DNA of 64,000 nt, taken from NCBI GenBank assembly GCA_965279515.1, contig CBDIID010000003.1:3872001-3936000 (forward strand). The letters run 5' to 3'. This DNA is from Turneriella sp. GTDB taxonomy: Bacteria; Spirochaetota; Leptospiria; Turneriellales; Turneriellaceae. A program made the translations under genes and the position numbers. The notes below the pieces were generated by a model. The model saw only the letters and a list, made by a program, of their open reading frames with translations. It ran no database searches and was not told where the DNA came from. Shown here in pieces: positions 1-11,084 of this stretch (its first letter is position 1; every line of letters starts with the position of its first letter).

Positions 1-1
1 C

Positions 2-2344
2 TTGCAGATCGTCAGCACGATCAACGTCGCAAATCTTGTGAATCAGATTTCCGGATTTGACTGTTGGGGAGAAAATTTTGGTCTCATCAGTACTACTGTC
101 AACGCACCGGGCGCAGGTTACACCAGCGCGCCTGCTGTAACTTTTGGCGGCACCGGAGCGGGCGCTACCGGTAAAGCGGTCATCGAAACCGATACGCTCA
201 ATTTTGCCGCAACCCTGGGCCAGGTGAAAGCAGTTGTTGTCCTAAATGCTGGTACTGGTTATAATCCGGCGCCGACCGCAGTGCCGCTCATTCTTACAGG
301 CGGTGGTGGAGCGGGAGCCAACGTGACGGCACGGGCAGGCAGCTGCAGGTTCAATGCGACACCACCTTTGGAATACCGTGGTTTTCCATCGTCAGCGGTG
401 GCCGGAGCCACCGGAGCTACCGGTTTAGGCAAAATGGTGAACGTCATCAACCATATCACTGGATCTCCCACCACTGTCGTTACGATGATTAACGGCGTCA
501 CAGACGGCCAGAAACTGGGTGTGCTCATTAATGGTATTACGCGTTCGAGTAATCTCGTGGGTGTGGTAAATGCCACGGTGGATGCTTCACGCAATAATAA
601 TGCCACAATGACAGATTTGATAACCCTGTTAAACGGCATCACACTCGCAGATACCTATAAACTTGTGCATATGCTCGATAACCTTGGCAATGCCACGGAA
701 ATTGATAATCTGATTACGGTACCCAACGGCGATCATGACATGGTGGCCCAGCTGATCGCTCCTTACAGCAGAACGGGAAATTTAGTCGATGCTAATTCCG
801 GCGTTGGCGTCGCTGCGATGGCCAACCTGGTTTCATCTCTCAGCATGCATGGCGGCGGCGGTTACACCAACGGGGGCACAGTGACGGCTCCCGGCGGGAT
901 GACGGCTGTGGTCAACGTAGCAACTGTTAACGCAGTAACAGGCATTGAAATGAATAATGTCGGGGCCGGCTGTACTTCGCTGCCGACGGTAACAATAACC
1001 GGCGGAACAGGATCCGGTCTTCAGGTCGCTCCTTATCTGTGGGCGGGACAAGTTCTTCGCATCAATATTCTGAACGGCGGATCTTATACGGTCGCGCCTA
1101 CTCTGACGGTATCCGGTGGTGGTTGCACCACGACACCGGTGGCAACAGCACGCATTAACGGCATCGGAACCGTGACTGTGACGAATGGCGGTACCGGTTA
1201 CAATAATAACGGTATTGCACTGACAATCTCTGCCGGCCCGGGCGCCGGTGCGGTGTTAGTCCCGACAGTCAGCGGTACAATTGAAGCGCCGGCATTCCCT
1301 GGCCTCGGATCTTATTCGAGCGGAACACGTTATGTTACAGGTAATATTTGTCCGATTACCGGAGCCGGAGGTTCCGGAGGAACCTGCACTATCGTGGCAG
1401 GCGCTACAGGCAATCTTACGGGTTGTAGCGCGATTAGCGGGGGCAACAATTATGGTGTGGGCAGGGTTGTTAAAATCGGCGGCGGAGCGACTGCAGTTGC
1501 CGCAGTTTCAGGCGGTAATATAGCTACCGGCTTAGGTAGTGCTGCCGGTGGGTTGAAAATTGTTGATACCGGCTGCGGTTACGGCGCAGCTCCGGCGATT
1601 CAGGTTATCGGTTGCACGACGCCTCCAACGGTCGCTATCGTGTTTGACGGCGTTTCCGGTCGCGTGACGGACTTGAACGTCACCGCCCCCGGAAGCGGAT
1701 GCACTACTGGCGTTAAGGTGCGTATCGGTGAATCGCCTTATGCTTACCATTCTGACGGCGCAACCGCCATTGTTCAGAATGTAACTGCTGCTTCCGGAAA
1801 AGTCAGTGCCATCAGTGTTTCCGAAGCTTCCGTCAACGCGGCGCAGTTAGTGCAGCTTCTCGACCGTGATGCTACGGGTGGTGGTATCGCGTTCAACTAC
1901 CGTGCCGACGACGCCACTTGGACACCCACTTCTGCCTGTAGTGGCAGCGGGCTGGTGCCGACGGTCGGCGTACCTTGCACAGGCACGGATACGCTGCGTC
2001 CCAATATTTCGACGCGCGAGGCTATGGTGCGCCTATTGCACCACGGTGTTTCTCCGACGACGACCAGTGCGAAGGGTTTTTTTAACGGTGCTGGCGGAGT
2101 CGGCCCCGGAACTTTGGCGCTTGATTGGCCGGGGCTCGGACCGCAGTACATAGCAGGCGCAATTCTGAATAACGTCGGTAGCGCCTCAACGCAGACACTG
2201 GTTACCCTTATGAACAGCGATACGATCTCTCTTGAAGATACCATTATTCTCCTGGGCTGCGGAGATCATTCAACTTATTCCAATGGCTGGACGACATTTT
2301 CGTGGCAGCAGCTCTGCACCGCTGTCGGCCCCGGCATCTGGTAA
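2..2344 (+). CDS. Large Gly/Thr/Val-rich repeat protein, probably surface-exposed (5'-truncated by the window)
   Basis: Open frame from the window edge. Recurrent beta-type module (GAGYTSAPAVTFGGTGAGATGKA, GTGYNPAPTAV, GGSYTVAPTLTVSGGG, GCGYGAAPAIQV) interspersed with helical-looking 'LxxLINxIT' repeats. Confidence 0.75.
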   Translation: MQIVSTINVANLVNQISGFDCWGENFGLISTTVNAPGAGYTSAPAVTFGGTGAGATGKAVIETDTLNFAATLGQVKAVVVLNAGTGYNPAPTAVPLILTGGGGAGANVTARAGSCRFNATPPLEYRGFPSSAVAGATGATGLGKMVNVINHITGSPTTVVTMINGVTDGQKLGVLINGITRSSNLVGVVNATVDASRNNNATMTDLITLLNGITLADTYKLVHMLDNLGNATEIDNLITVPNGDHDMVAQLIAPYSRTGNLVDANSGVGVAAMANLVSSLSMHGGGGYTNGGTVTAPGGMTAVVNVATVNAVTGIEMNNVGAGCTSLPTVTITGGTGSGLQVAPYLWAGQVLRINILNGGSYTVAPTLTVSGGGCTTTPVATARINGIGTVTVTNGGTGYNNNGIALTISAGPGAGAVLVPTVSGTIEAPAFPGLGSYSSGTRYVTGNICPITGAGGSGGTCTIVAGATGNLTGCSAISGGNNYGVGRVVKIGGGATAVAAVSGGNIATGLGSAAGGLKIVDTGCGYGAAPAIQVIGCTTPPTVAIVFDGVSGRVTDLNVTAPGSGCTTGVKVRIGESPYAYHSDGATAIVQNVTAASGKVSAISVSEASVNAAQLVQLLDRDATGGGIAFNYRADDATWTPTSACSGSGLVPTVGVPCTGTDTLRPNISTREAMVRLLHHGVSPTTTSAKGFFNGAGGVGPGTLALDWPGLGPQYIAGAILNNVGSASTQTLVTLMNSDTISLEDTIILLGCGDHSTYSNGWTTFSWQQLCTAVGPGIW

Positions 2345-2411
2345 CAACCAGCCGGTTCGTATTCTCTTGACGTAGCGCCCGGTGATTACCGGCTGAATCC
2401 AAGTTCGTCAT

Positions 2412-4277
2412 TTGAAACTGCTCCAGACATACCTTCTGTTTTCTGCATTGCTGTTCTCTTACCACGCCGTCTTCCATATCCTGTTTTTGCAGAAAGCTGC
2501 CACTCCGCTTGCCTGGTTCGTTGCGCTGCGCTACACGGCAGCCACCGTTTCTGCTGCGCTTTTTGTTCCCGGGCTGATCTATCTGATCGCAGGCAGGGTA
2601 TCCCTCTTGAAAAAGGCGGTATTATATTTTGCCGGCATTTTGCTGTTTTTTTCCAGCGTTATTCTCGCGGGCGATCTTGTGTATTACCGCCAGGCGGGTA
2701 AACATATCACCGTCGAGTTTGCCCTTGCACTGCATAACTTCGGCGAAATCGCAGGCATGGCGCTGCGCGAATATCTTGTCCTGCTCACTGTGACGATATG
2801 TTGCGGCGCGATATTTCTGTATCTCTGGCAGCGCCGCATACAGGGGCAATTTGCCCCACCATGGAAGTTGTGGGTTCGGGCTTGTGCGGCGGTCTTGTTT
2901 ATTTTGCTGAGTCTCGTGGCTTTCCGCGGCGGCTTACAGGATCGCCCGATGCGTCCCGCCGATGCCTATCAGTATTTACCCCAGGTCGAAGCTGATTTTG
3001 CTCTGAACGGACTCTACACCGCCCTGTATGCTTCTTACCACCGGGAAGACTTTCCCGCACGCGGCGATCGGGAAAGCGTTCTTCTGACGCGCTCTCTTTT
3101 AGGGGGCCCGCAGGAACAATTTCTCAGCGACGAACTTCCCTTCTACCGCTCCTTTACGCCGGCAGTGCCTGCATTAAAAAAGAATGTCGTTTTCCTCATT
3201 CTCGAATCCTGGTCGGCGCGGCGGCTCGGCGCCTTCGGTGATAAGACAGGCGCGACACCGTTTTTCGACGCCCTCGCGCAGAAAAGTTGGTTCTTCACAA
3301 ATGCTTTTGCTACCGGGCGGCGTTCGATTGCATCTTTGCCTTCGGCGGTGAGTAGTATTCCGACACTCTATGGTTCGCTCTACATTACATCGCCGCATGA
3401 ACAGAATTTCCAACGCGGCATGGGGTCGATCTTCGCCGCGCAGGGGTATTCGACTTTTTTCACTTATGCCGCGAAAGCGGGCTCGATGGGTTTCAACGCG
3501 TTTGCGCGTCTCGCCGGTTTTGAAAATATTCTGACGCGTGAAAATTTTCCGCGCGAGGCGGCGCACGATGGCACCTGGGGCATCTATGATCACGTCATGT
3601 TTTCCCGCGTGCTCGCCGATATCGATGCGGCGCCGAAACCGGTTCTCTCCGTCGCCTATACCTTACACCCGCATCCGCCATTTACCCTGCCGCCCGGTAA
3701 TGAGTTTTTTAAGGCGGATCTACCCCGCGGCAAATATTATAATGCCCTGCGCTATTCTGACAATACACTGCGCGATTTTTTTTCCGCGGCTGAAAAAAAG
3801 CCCTGGTTCAGGGATACGGTTTTTGTGCTCATGGCTGATCACGCTTTCGAAGATGTCCAGGGATATGATGCATTCCATATTCCGCTCATGGTTTATTCGC
3901 CCGGTTTTGTCGCTGCCAGGAAAGACCAGACTGTGGCTTCGGAACTCGATGTCTTGCCGACGCTGATCGATCTGCTGCATCTCAAGACAATGCATGCGTC
4001 GATGGGGAAATCCCTCTCTGCGCCCGGCCCGCATTTCGCCTACATTGACGCCGAACATTCAGGCGGTATCATCCGTGAGAGAAAGGGTGAGCTTATGGCG
4101 CTGCTCTACGATGCGGAAAAATACCGGGGCTATTTTAATATGAGCGAAGACGGGCAATGGCAGAGGGAGAAACACGAAGAGCCGTTTGCCGCTCCCGAAA
4201 TGCAGGCCATGCGGAGTTATATCGCAGTCATGGGTCACGCGGTGGCGAAAAACCGCATTGCTCCCCGTCTGCGGTGA
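2412..4277 (+). CDS. LTA synthase/sulfatase family membrane protein (phosphoglycerol/phosphoethanolamine transferase-like)
   Basis: About 5 N-terminal TM helices; KNVVFLILESW metal site, WGIYD, TLHPHPPF and MADH motifs. TTG start is uncertain. Confidence 0.85.
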   Translation: MKLLQTYLLFSALLFSYHAVFHILFLQKAATPLAWFVALRYTAATVSAALFVPGLIYLIAGRVSLLKKAVLYFAGILLFFSSVILAGDLVYYRQAGKHITVEFALALHNFGEIAGMALREYLVLLTVTICCGAIFLYLWQRRIQGQFAPPWKLWVRACAAVLFILLSLVAFRGGLQDRPMRPADAYQYLPQVEADFALNGLYTALYASYHREDFPARGDRESVLLTRSLLGGPQEQFLSDELPFYRSFTPAVPALKKNVVFLILESWSARRLGAFGDKTGATPFFDALAQKSWFFTNAFATGRRSIASLPSAVSSIPTLYGSLYITSPHEQNFQRGMGSIFAAQGYSTFFTYAAKAGSMGFNAFARLAGFENILTRENFPREAAHDGTWGIYDHVMFSRVLADIDAAPKPVLSVAYTLHPHPPFTLPPGNEFFKADLPRGKYYNALRYSDNTLRDFFSAAEKKPWFRDTVFVLMADHAFEDVQGYDAFHIPLMVYSPGFVAARKDQTVASELDVLPTLIDLLHLKTMHASMGKSLSAPGPHFAYIDAEHSGGIIRERKGELMALLYDAEKYRGYFNMSEDGQWQREKHEEPFAAPEMQAMRSYIAVMGHAVAKNRIAPRLR

Positions 4278-4294
4278 GCCTGTCGAACCGTTGA

Positions 4295-5278
<984 letters not shown>

Positions 5279-5289
5279 GTTGGCCACCT

Positions 5290-5360
5290 GACCCGGTCTC
5301 CCCGGGTCGTCGAATCGCCGGCTCGCTCGTCTAACAGACAGTGCGGGCCGGATTTCACTT
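5290..5360 (+). terminator. Tandem hairpins after mdh, probable intrinsic terminator
   Basis: GACCCGG-tctcc-CCGGGTC (5290-5308), then CCGGCTCGC...GCGGGCCGG (5318-5351, one G-U pair) followed by ATTTCACTT. Confidence 0.55.
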
Positions 5361-5391
5361 CACACCTCTGAATCCCGATAATCTATAGACT

Positions 5392-6474
5392 ATGCGCGGA
5401 TTGAAGAACACCCTTCTGGCCGCCGCGCTCTTTGCCTGTAGTCACGGCGCAATCTCGGGATTATCGACATGTAGTCCCATAACGGTTGATGCTCCGACTG
5501 TAGGCCCGATAGTGCAGGAAACTGTCGAAGCGGAGATTTGTAACCAGATCAAGACAAAATTCCAGACGGCCAATATGTCGCAGATTATGAACTACATGGC
5601 CAAGGCGAATACCCTGTCGGGGAAGGGGACGAGCGCGGATTACTGGACGAACCCGCAGGTTTTTACGCTCGGCGCCGGAGCCACGATTTCCGTAAACAAC
5701 ATTACCCCGCCGCTATCTTTTTCCGAACTCGAAACTTTTGCAAAAAAATATAAGGAAAACCCGGTTCCTGACGGGGGAACCGGAGTTGCAGCCAACGCAA
5801 CACTGGGAATCAGCTTCAGGCACATGGGATTTCGACGCCGCGGCTGGTTTGATCCGAAAAATTTTAATGTCTATTTTTCTTTTCTTGTCACGCCGCAGAT
5901 TAACTACCAGACGTACTCTTTTAAGACGACTGCCGTGGGTACGTATATTCAGTACAAGGCCGTGCCGATGCGTAAGACGCCATTTGGTCTTGTGACATGG
6001 GGCGGGGTTGACGTTGGTATCGGTTACAACTTTGCCTCGACGACGCTGGGTGTATCGAGCACGGATACGATTACGTCGGTAGCGTTTTCTACGAACGGCT
6101 ACTCGGGAACATATATGCCCACGGGTACGCTGACGCTTAATTACTCGGCCCACCTGATACCTGTTGAGATATCGACGAATTTTTCGCTGTTATATTTTCT
6201 CTCATTCGCTGCCGGTATCGCTGCGGATATTCATCTGCTGAGCTCGGCGGAAATCACCGCCAATATCGATGGTAAGATAAAGATCGACGGTTATGGCCAA
6301 GGCGCCGACTATGCGAAATTTACGCAGAGTGAGAGCGCGAAAATCACAACGGTCGGCTTTCGGGCGTTTTTCGGGCCGCAGATCAATATCTGGAAAATTC
6401 GGGTGTTCTCCCTGTTGCATATCACAAGCGATAAGAGTTATGCCGCGACCGTGGGGGCACGTTTCTCATGGTGA
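5392..6474 (+). CDS. Exported outer-membrane protein, Leptospira Lsa36-like family
   Basis: Signal peptide, amphipathic beta-strands, WGGVDVGIGYN and IPVEISTNFSLLYFLS segments recalled from this family, C-terminal aromatic residue (GARFSW). Confidence 0.6.
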   Translation: MRGLKNTLLAAALFACSHGAISGLSTCSPITVDAPTVGPIVQETVEAEICNQIKTKFQTANMSQIMNYMAKANTLSGKGTSADYWTNPQVFTLGAGATISVNNITPPLSFSELETFAKKYKENPVPDGGTGVAANATLGISFRHMGFRRRGWFDPKNFNVYFSFLVTPQINYQTYSFKTTAVGTYIQYKAVPMRKTPFGLVTWGGVDVGIGYNFASTTLGVSSTDTITSVAFSTNGYSGTYMPTGTLTLNYSAHLIPVEISTNFSLLYFLSFAAGIAADIHLLSSAEITANIDGKIKIDGYGQGADYAKFTQSESAKITTVGFRAFFGPQINIWKIRVFSLLHITSDKSYAATVGARFSW

Positions 6475-6968
6475 AATTTCTGCTGCCCGTATTGGTCGTC
6501 TTCGTAGCGTGTACGAACTCATTCGTCATGAAACCCAAAACCACGGGCAAACCTATCATGGTCGGCGAGATACGCCAGATTGGCGGTGAAAAGAAACCGC
6601 ATGATGCCAAACGCCCGCCCGATTTTTCGACGGAGATTGAGATTCTTGATACTCCCACATCGCCCTCTTTTGACTGGGAAATAAAACAGGCAGGCAAGCT
6701 CGATGACCGTCTTGCCGCAGCGACGCAGCTGGGTGAGCGCGACGCGCAGATCACGGAATTGAAGTTCGGCAGCTATGTTTTTTTTCCGATACTGCTTTAT
6801 TTTGACAAGGACTGGATCCGTGTTTCGGGGTATACCGAACCGCTGAACTTCCCGGTGCCCGAACGTGTCTACCGCATATTAGATCCCGTCGTCCGCGATA
6901 AATCGGGTAAGAAAACCAAGACGAAAAAAGAAAAGAAAAAACCGACGAAGAAACGGAGGCGCGGATGA
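6468..6968 (+). CDS. Hypothetical lipoprotein with Lys/Arg-rich C-terminal tail
   Basis: Hydrophobic signal ending VFVAC; overlaps both neighbours (operon-like). Confidence 0.65.
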   Translation: MVKFLLPVLVVFVACTNSFVMKPKTTGKPIMVGEIRQIGGEKKPHDAKRPPDFSTEIEILDTPTSPSFDWEIKQAGKLDDRLAAATQLGERDAQITELKFGSYVFFPILLYFDKDWIRVSGYTEPLNFPVPERVYRILDPVVRDKSGKKTKTKKEKKKPTKKRRRG

Positions 6969-7393
6969 AATTGCGAATCGTAATCCTCTGCGCCGTAATT
7001 TCCGGCGGTTTTGGCTGTGTCGGCAACCGGCAGACCGTTAAGCTGAATGGACTCGACTACGCGGTATCGATGACGCCGACGATTTACGGCAACGACGGCG
7101 GTATCCGCGCCGACGGCGTGGGTTTGCAGGTAGTGGGTGACATTGAGGTCTCGCACCGCTACTGGTCGCTGGTCTACAGCTTTGTGCCGCTCGGCGACAC
7201 AAAACAACAGATTCAGAATTTTAACCGGATCATCGAGTCACGCGGCGGCCACGGTGTCATTAATTTTGAAATCGAGAACGAAGGCTGCGATATGAACAAT
7301 TTTGCGTATGTGATCGTTCCGGCCGTGTTGCCGTTTTTTCCGGGTTGCAGCAAGATTACCCTGCGCGGAAAAATCGTCAAACAGGTGAATTGA
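6965..7393 (+). CDS. Small lipoprotein (TRL/Bor-like family)
   Basis: Signal ending GGFGC; ATGA overlap with upstream gene; GxGVINFEI...KITLRGKIVK pattern. Confidence 0.65.
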   Translation: MKLRIVILCAVISGGFGCVGNRQTVKLNGLDYAVSMTPTIYGNDGGIRADGVGLQVVGDIEVSHRYWSLVYSFVPLGDTKQQIQNFNRIIESRGGHGVINFEIENEGCDMNNFAYVIVPAVLPFFPGCSKITLRGKIVKQVN

Positions 7394-7440
7394 AAAACAA
7401 TCTTTATTGACGTCCCTCGTCTGCGGTGTGTTCGAGTGTT

Positions 7441-7884
7441 ATGGCGAAACCGACGCGCAAAAAGCCGATAAAAAAGAAAAAAATTCCGAAGCCCGTGAAG
7501 AAAAAAACACCGGCGAAAAAGACAGCCGGCAAAACCGCAGGCAACGCCGCGGGAATGCACGACGCCCGCGAAGTCGTGCACGAGCGCCGCTTCGAGACGC
7601 GCACCCTCGTCAGCAAGGTAACGTTTGCCGCGCTCTCCCTGAAAACTGAAAATTTCGGCGGCGCGGACTATACTTTAACAGTCGATATCAGCGGACTCCT
7701 GGTCGATGTTTCTTCAGGGGGATGCAGCCTCGTATTTATGAAGGCGAACCCGATTGCGTTAAAACTCAAACGCGAGATGCAATGTGTCGTGCAAATTGCA
7801 CCCGATGCCCCGCGCGTGGCCACGCTGCGCTGGATTAAGGATTTGGACAGCCGCCTGATCAATGCCGGTTTGGCTTTCAGTTGA
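7441..7884 (+). CDS. PilZ-domain protein with Lys-rich N-terminal tail
   Basis: RxxxR (RFETR) and DxSxxG (DVSSGG) c-di-GMP motifs; ATG at 7441 chosen as start. Confidence 0.75.
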   Translation: MAKPTRKKPIKKKKIPKPVKKKTPAKKTAGKTAGNAAGMHDAREVVHERRFETRTLVSKVTFAALSLKTENFGGADYTLTVDISGLLVDVSSGGCSLVFMKANPIALKLKREMQCVVQIAPDAPRVATLRWIKDLDSRLINAGLAFS

Positions 7885-7916
7885 CGATGCCATCCCCTTC
7901 GCTATTGCTGTAACCC

Positions 7917-8333
7917 ATGATCCGCGGCATTTTGTTTCCGTTGTTACTTTTGCCCGTTGCGGTGCTGTTTGCCGAGATCAGTCCCGTATATTACAAAGAA
8001 ATGCAGGAAAAAGCCCCTGAGCGGCTGCGCATCAAAGTGACCGATTTCTCACGCGACTGGTATTTCTGGCGCAGTGAGCGCAAGGTCAAGGTCTCGGCCG
8101 AGGTCGTCCGCGTGATAAAATCTGCCAGCGGGATTACCGCTGGTAACCGCGTGTTTTTTGAGTATGTTATCTTCTCACCGCCGGGTGATGGCTGGGCCGG
8201 CCCACGGCCGATGCCTGAACTTACCGAGGGGGTAGAGTATGATTTCTTCGGTGAGCGGGTGGATGTGGACAAGGCTAAGGGCATCGTGCTGACACCCACG
8301 GCGCGCGGCTATTCGTTCGAATCGCTGCTTTAA
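7917..8333 (+). CDS. Hypothetical exported protein
   Basis: Sec-type signal (VLFA/E); fills the gap before gatA. Confidence 0.65.
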   Translation: MIRGILFPLLLLPVAVLFAEISPVYYKEMQEKAPERLRIKVTDFSRDWYFWRSERKVKVSAEVVRVIKSASGITAGNRVFFEYVIFSPPGDGWAGPRPMPELTEGVEYDFFGERVDVDKAKGIVLTPTARGYSFESLL

Positions 8334-8384
8334 CGACCGTCCGGCAATGCTTTACGCCGCGTCCGATACGCCGGATCGGATCAT

Positions 8385-9803
8385 ATGTTATCGGATCTTT
8401 CCCGCGATTTGAGCGCGAAGAAAATTTCTCCCGTCGAACTTCTGAACCAGACGCTCGACCAGGTCGGCAAGCACGACGAGAAGATTAAGGCATTCCTTGC
8501 CGTTGAAAAAGACCAGGCGCTGGCCGAGGCAAAAAAATCAGCGGATCGCATTCAGCAGGGCAAGGCGCTTTCTCCCTATGACGGCATTCCCATCGGCATC
8601 AAAGACAATATTGTGACGACGGGCCGCGTGACGCAGTGCGCTTCAAAAATTCTCGAAGGCTTTGTGTCGCCGTATTCTGCGACGGTGATTGAAAAACTGC
8701 AGGCACTGGGATTTATCACTTTGGGCCGCCTCAATATGGACGAGTTTGCGATGGGCTCCTCTACGGAAAATTCGGCATTCCAGATTACGCGCAATCCTTT
8801 CGACACAGACCGCGCGCCCGGCGGCTCATCGGGCGGTTCTGCCGCCGCCGTTGCTGCGGGATTTCTCCCCGTAGCGCTGGGCTCTGATACCGGCGGATCC
8901 ATCCGCCAGCCTGCGGCCTTTTGCGGGCTTGCGGGCCTGAAACCGACCTACGGTACTGTCTCACGCTACGGCCTTGTGGCTTTTGCCTCAAGCCTCGACC
9001 AGATTGGCCCCCTCGCACACACAGTTGCAGACGTTGAGATCGTGCATAATGCCATCAAGGGCCATGACGTAAAAGATTCGACGACCATGCCTGAGTCGGC
9101 GTACAAGAACTGGAAGGGCAGTCTCTCCGACATTCGCCTCGGCATCGACGAAAAGATGCTCGAAGGTTTGTCCGCTGAGGTGCGCGCGTCTTTTGACCAG
9201 ACCCTGGGTTTCCTCAAAGGCAAAGTAAAATCGGTTTCTCCCGTATCACTGCCAAACCAGAAGTATGGTATTCCGGTGTATTACCTTGTTGCGACGAGCG
9301 AGGCTTCGGCCAATCTCGCGCGTTTCGACGGTGTGCGTTTCGGCCACCGCAGCAAGGACCCAAAAAACCTCGCCGAGCTCTATGAAAAATCACGCACCGA
9401 AGGTTTTGGCCCCGAAGTCAAACGCCGCATTCTGCTCGGCACCTATTCGCTCTCGAGCGGTTATTACGATGCCTTTTACGGCAAGGCCCAGGCTGTGCGC
9501 ACACTGATCCAGAAAGACTATAACGAAGCGTTTACGCAAGTGGATGCTATCTTGATGCCGTCGACGCCTTCGCCGGCGTTCAAAATTGGCGAGAAGACTT
9601 CAGATCCCGTGCAGATGTATCTTTCCGACGTCTTGACAGTCGGCGCAAGTTTGGCCGGCATTCCGGCACTGGCCGTGCCGGGGCCAACGACTGGCCTGCC
9701 GATCGGTATGCAGCTGCAAGGCGCGAATTTTTCTGAAGATATGCTTTTTGCTTTAGGCAAAGCCATTGAGTCGGAGTTTCCGCAAAAACGCGCGGCGCTT
9801 TGA
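8385..9803 (+). CDS. gatA: Asp-tRNA(Asn)/Glu-tRNA(Gln) amidotransferase subunit A
   Basis: GIPIGIKDNI, NMDEFAMGSSTENS, PGGSSGGSAA, GSDTGGSIRQPA, RTEGFGPEVKRRILLGTY. Confidence 0.97.
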   Translation: MLSDLSRDLSAKKISPVELLNQTLDQVGKHDEKIKAFLAVEKDQALAEAKKSADRIQQGKALSPYDGIPIGIKDNIVTTGRVTQCASKILEGFVSPYSATVIEKLQALGFITLGRLNMDEFAMGSSTENSAFQITRNPFDTDRAPGGSSGGSAAAVAAGFLPVALGSDTGGSIRQPAAFCGLAGLKPTYGTVSRYGLVAFASSLDQIGPLAHTVADVEIVHNAIKGHDVKDSTTMPESAYKNWKGSLSDIRLGIDEKMLEGLSAEVRASFDQTLGFLKGKVKSVSPVSLPNQKYGIPVYYLVATSEASANLARFDGVRFGHRSKDPKNLAELYEKSRTEGFGPEVKRRILLGTYSLSSGYYDAFYGKAQAVRTLIQKDYNEAFTQVDAILMPSTPSPAFKIGEKTSDPVQMYLSDVLTVGASLAGIPALAVPGPTTGLPIGMQLQGANFSEDMLFALGKAIESEFPQKRAAL

Positions 9804-9805
9804 CA

Positions 9806-11077
9806 ATGGCGTTTCTTTCGACACAGCCCTATAAAGGCACACGCGACTTTTTTCCCGAAGACATGCGCTTCCGTGAAGCGATGTTTTCTGTCATGCATCA
9901 AACGGTGCGCCGCTATGGCTTCGACCAGATCGATGCGCCTCTCATTGAGCCCATCGATGTCTATCTCGCCAAGACTTCCGAAGAAATTGTCGGCCAGCAA
10001 ATTTATTCTTTTACCGACCGCGGAGAGCGCAAGGTGGCGATACGCCCTGAGATGACGCCGACTGTGGCGCGCATGGTCGCGGCGCGCTTCCAGGAGACAC
10101 CGAAGCCAATACGTTGGTATTCGATACCCAACGTCTGGCGCTATGAGCAGCCGGGCAAGGGCCGGTTGCGTGAACACTGGCAGCTCAACTGCGATATCTT
10201 CGGCGCGGCCTCGGAGAAACTGGCAGACCTCGAAACTTTAAATCTCGCCGTCGACCTGCTCAGGGGCTATGGGGCAAATGCCGCTCATTTTAAGGTCTAT
10301 ATCTCGCACCGCGAGATTCTCAATGGCGTTCTGGGGGGCGAGCTGAAGCTGCCCGCCGAAAAATGGCCGAATGTCGCCCGCATCATGGATAAAAAATCCA
10401 AGGTAAAACCCGAAGCCTACAGCGAGATGCTCGAGGCCGAAGGTGTAACCGCCCTGCAAAAGGCAGAGCTGGATTTCTTTTTGATTGAAAAACTCGATTA
10501 TCTGAAGAAAAAATACCACCTGACCGGGGCAAGTTACGTTATCGAAATTATGGCAGAGCTGACGTCGCTCGGGCTCGGTGATTTTATCGAGTATGATCCG
10601 GGCGTTGTGCGCGGCTTTGATTATTATACCGGCCTCGTCTTCGAGGTTTTCGACACGCATCCGGAGAACCGGCGCAGTTTATTCGGTGGTGGGCGTTACA
10701 ATAATCTCGTCGGTGCCTTCGGTAAGGATACGCTGAATGCCGTCGGCTTCGGCATGGGGGATGTTACGCTCGAAAATTTCCTGCGCACGCATCAATTACT
10801 GGCCGACCAGCCGCGGCGCGTTGATCTCTACATCGCCCTGCTCGATGAAAAACTCGGTGGGCATGCGCTCAAGCTTGCGGGCGAGTTACGCGCGCGCGGC
10901 CTTGCGGTTGAGCTCGGCCTCGGTGCGGGAAAACTCGGCAAGCAGTTCCAGGAAGCGGAAAAGAAGGGCATCCCACGCGTTTTGATTCTTGGCGAAGATG
11001 AGGTTAAGGCCGGTATCTATTCTGTCAAAACGCTGGCGACGGGCGAGCAGGTCAAGGCCAGCGTCGCGGAAATCTAA
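9806..11077 (+). CDS. hisS: Histidine--tRNA ligase
   Basis: KGTRDFFP, IRPEMTP, WRYEQPGKGRLREHWQ, VRGFDYYTG, GGGRY, plus anticodon-binding domain. Confidence 0.96.
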   Translation: MAFLSTQPYKGTRDFFPEDMRFREAMFSVMHQTVRRYGFDQIDAPLIEPIDVYLAKTSEEIVGQQIYSFTDRGERKVAIRPEMTPTVARMVAARFQETPKPIRWYSIPNVWRYEQPGKGRLREHWQLNCDIFGAASEKLADLETLNLAVDLLRGYGANAAHFKVYISHREILNGVLGGELKLPAEKWPNVARIMDKKSKVKPEAYSEMLEAEGVTALQKAELDFFLIEKLDYLKKKYHLTGASYVIEIMAELTSLGLGDFIEYDPGVVRGFDYYTGLVFEVFDTHPENRRSLFGGGRYNNLVGAFGKDTLNAVGFGMGDVTLENFLRTHQLLADQPRRVDLYIALLDEKLGGHALKLAGELRARGLAVELGLGAGKLGKQFQEAEKKGIPRVLILGEDEVKAGIYSVKTLATGEQVKASVAEI

Positions 11078-11084
11078 ACTCGAT

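Noticed and set aside
2..2344. Prophage tail gene
   Set aside because: No other phage genes nearby; it is followed directly by housekeeping genes.
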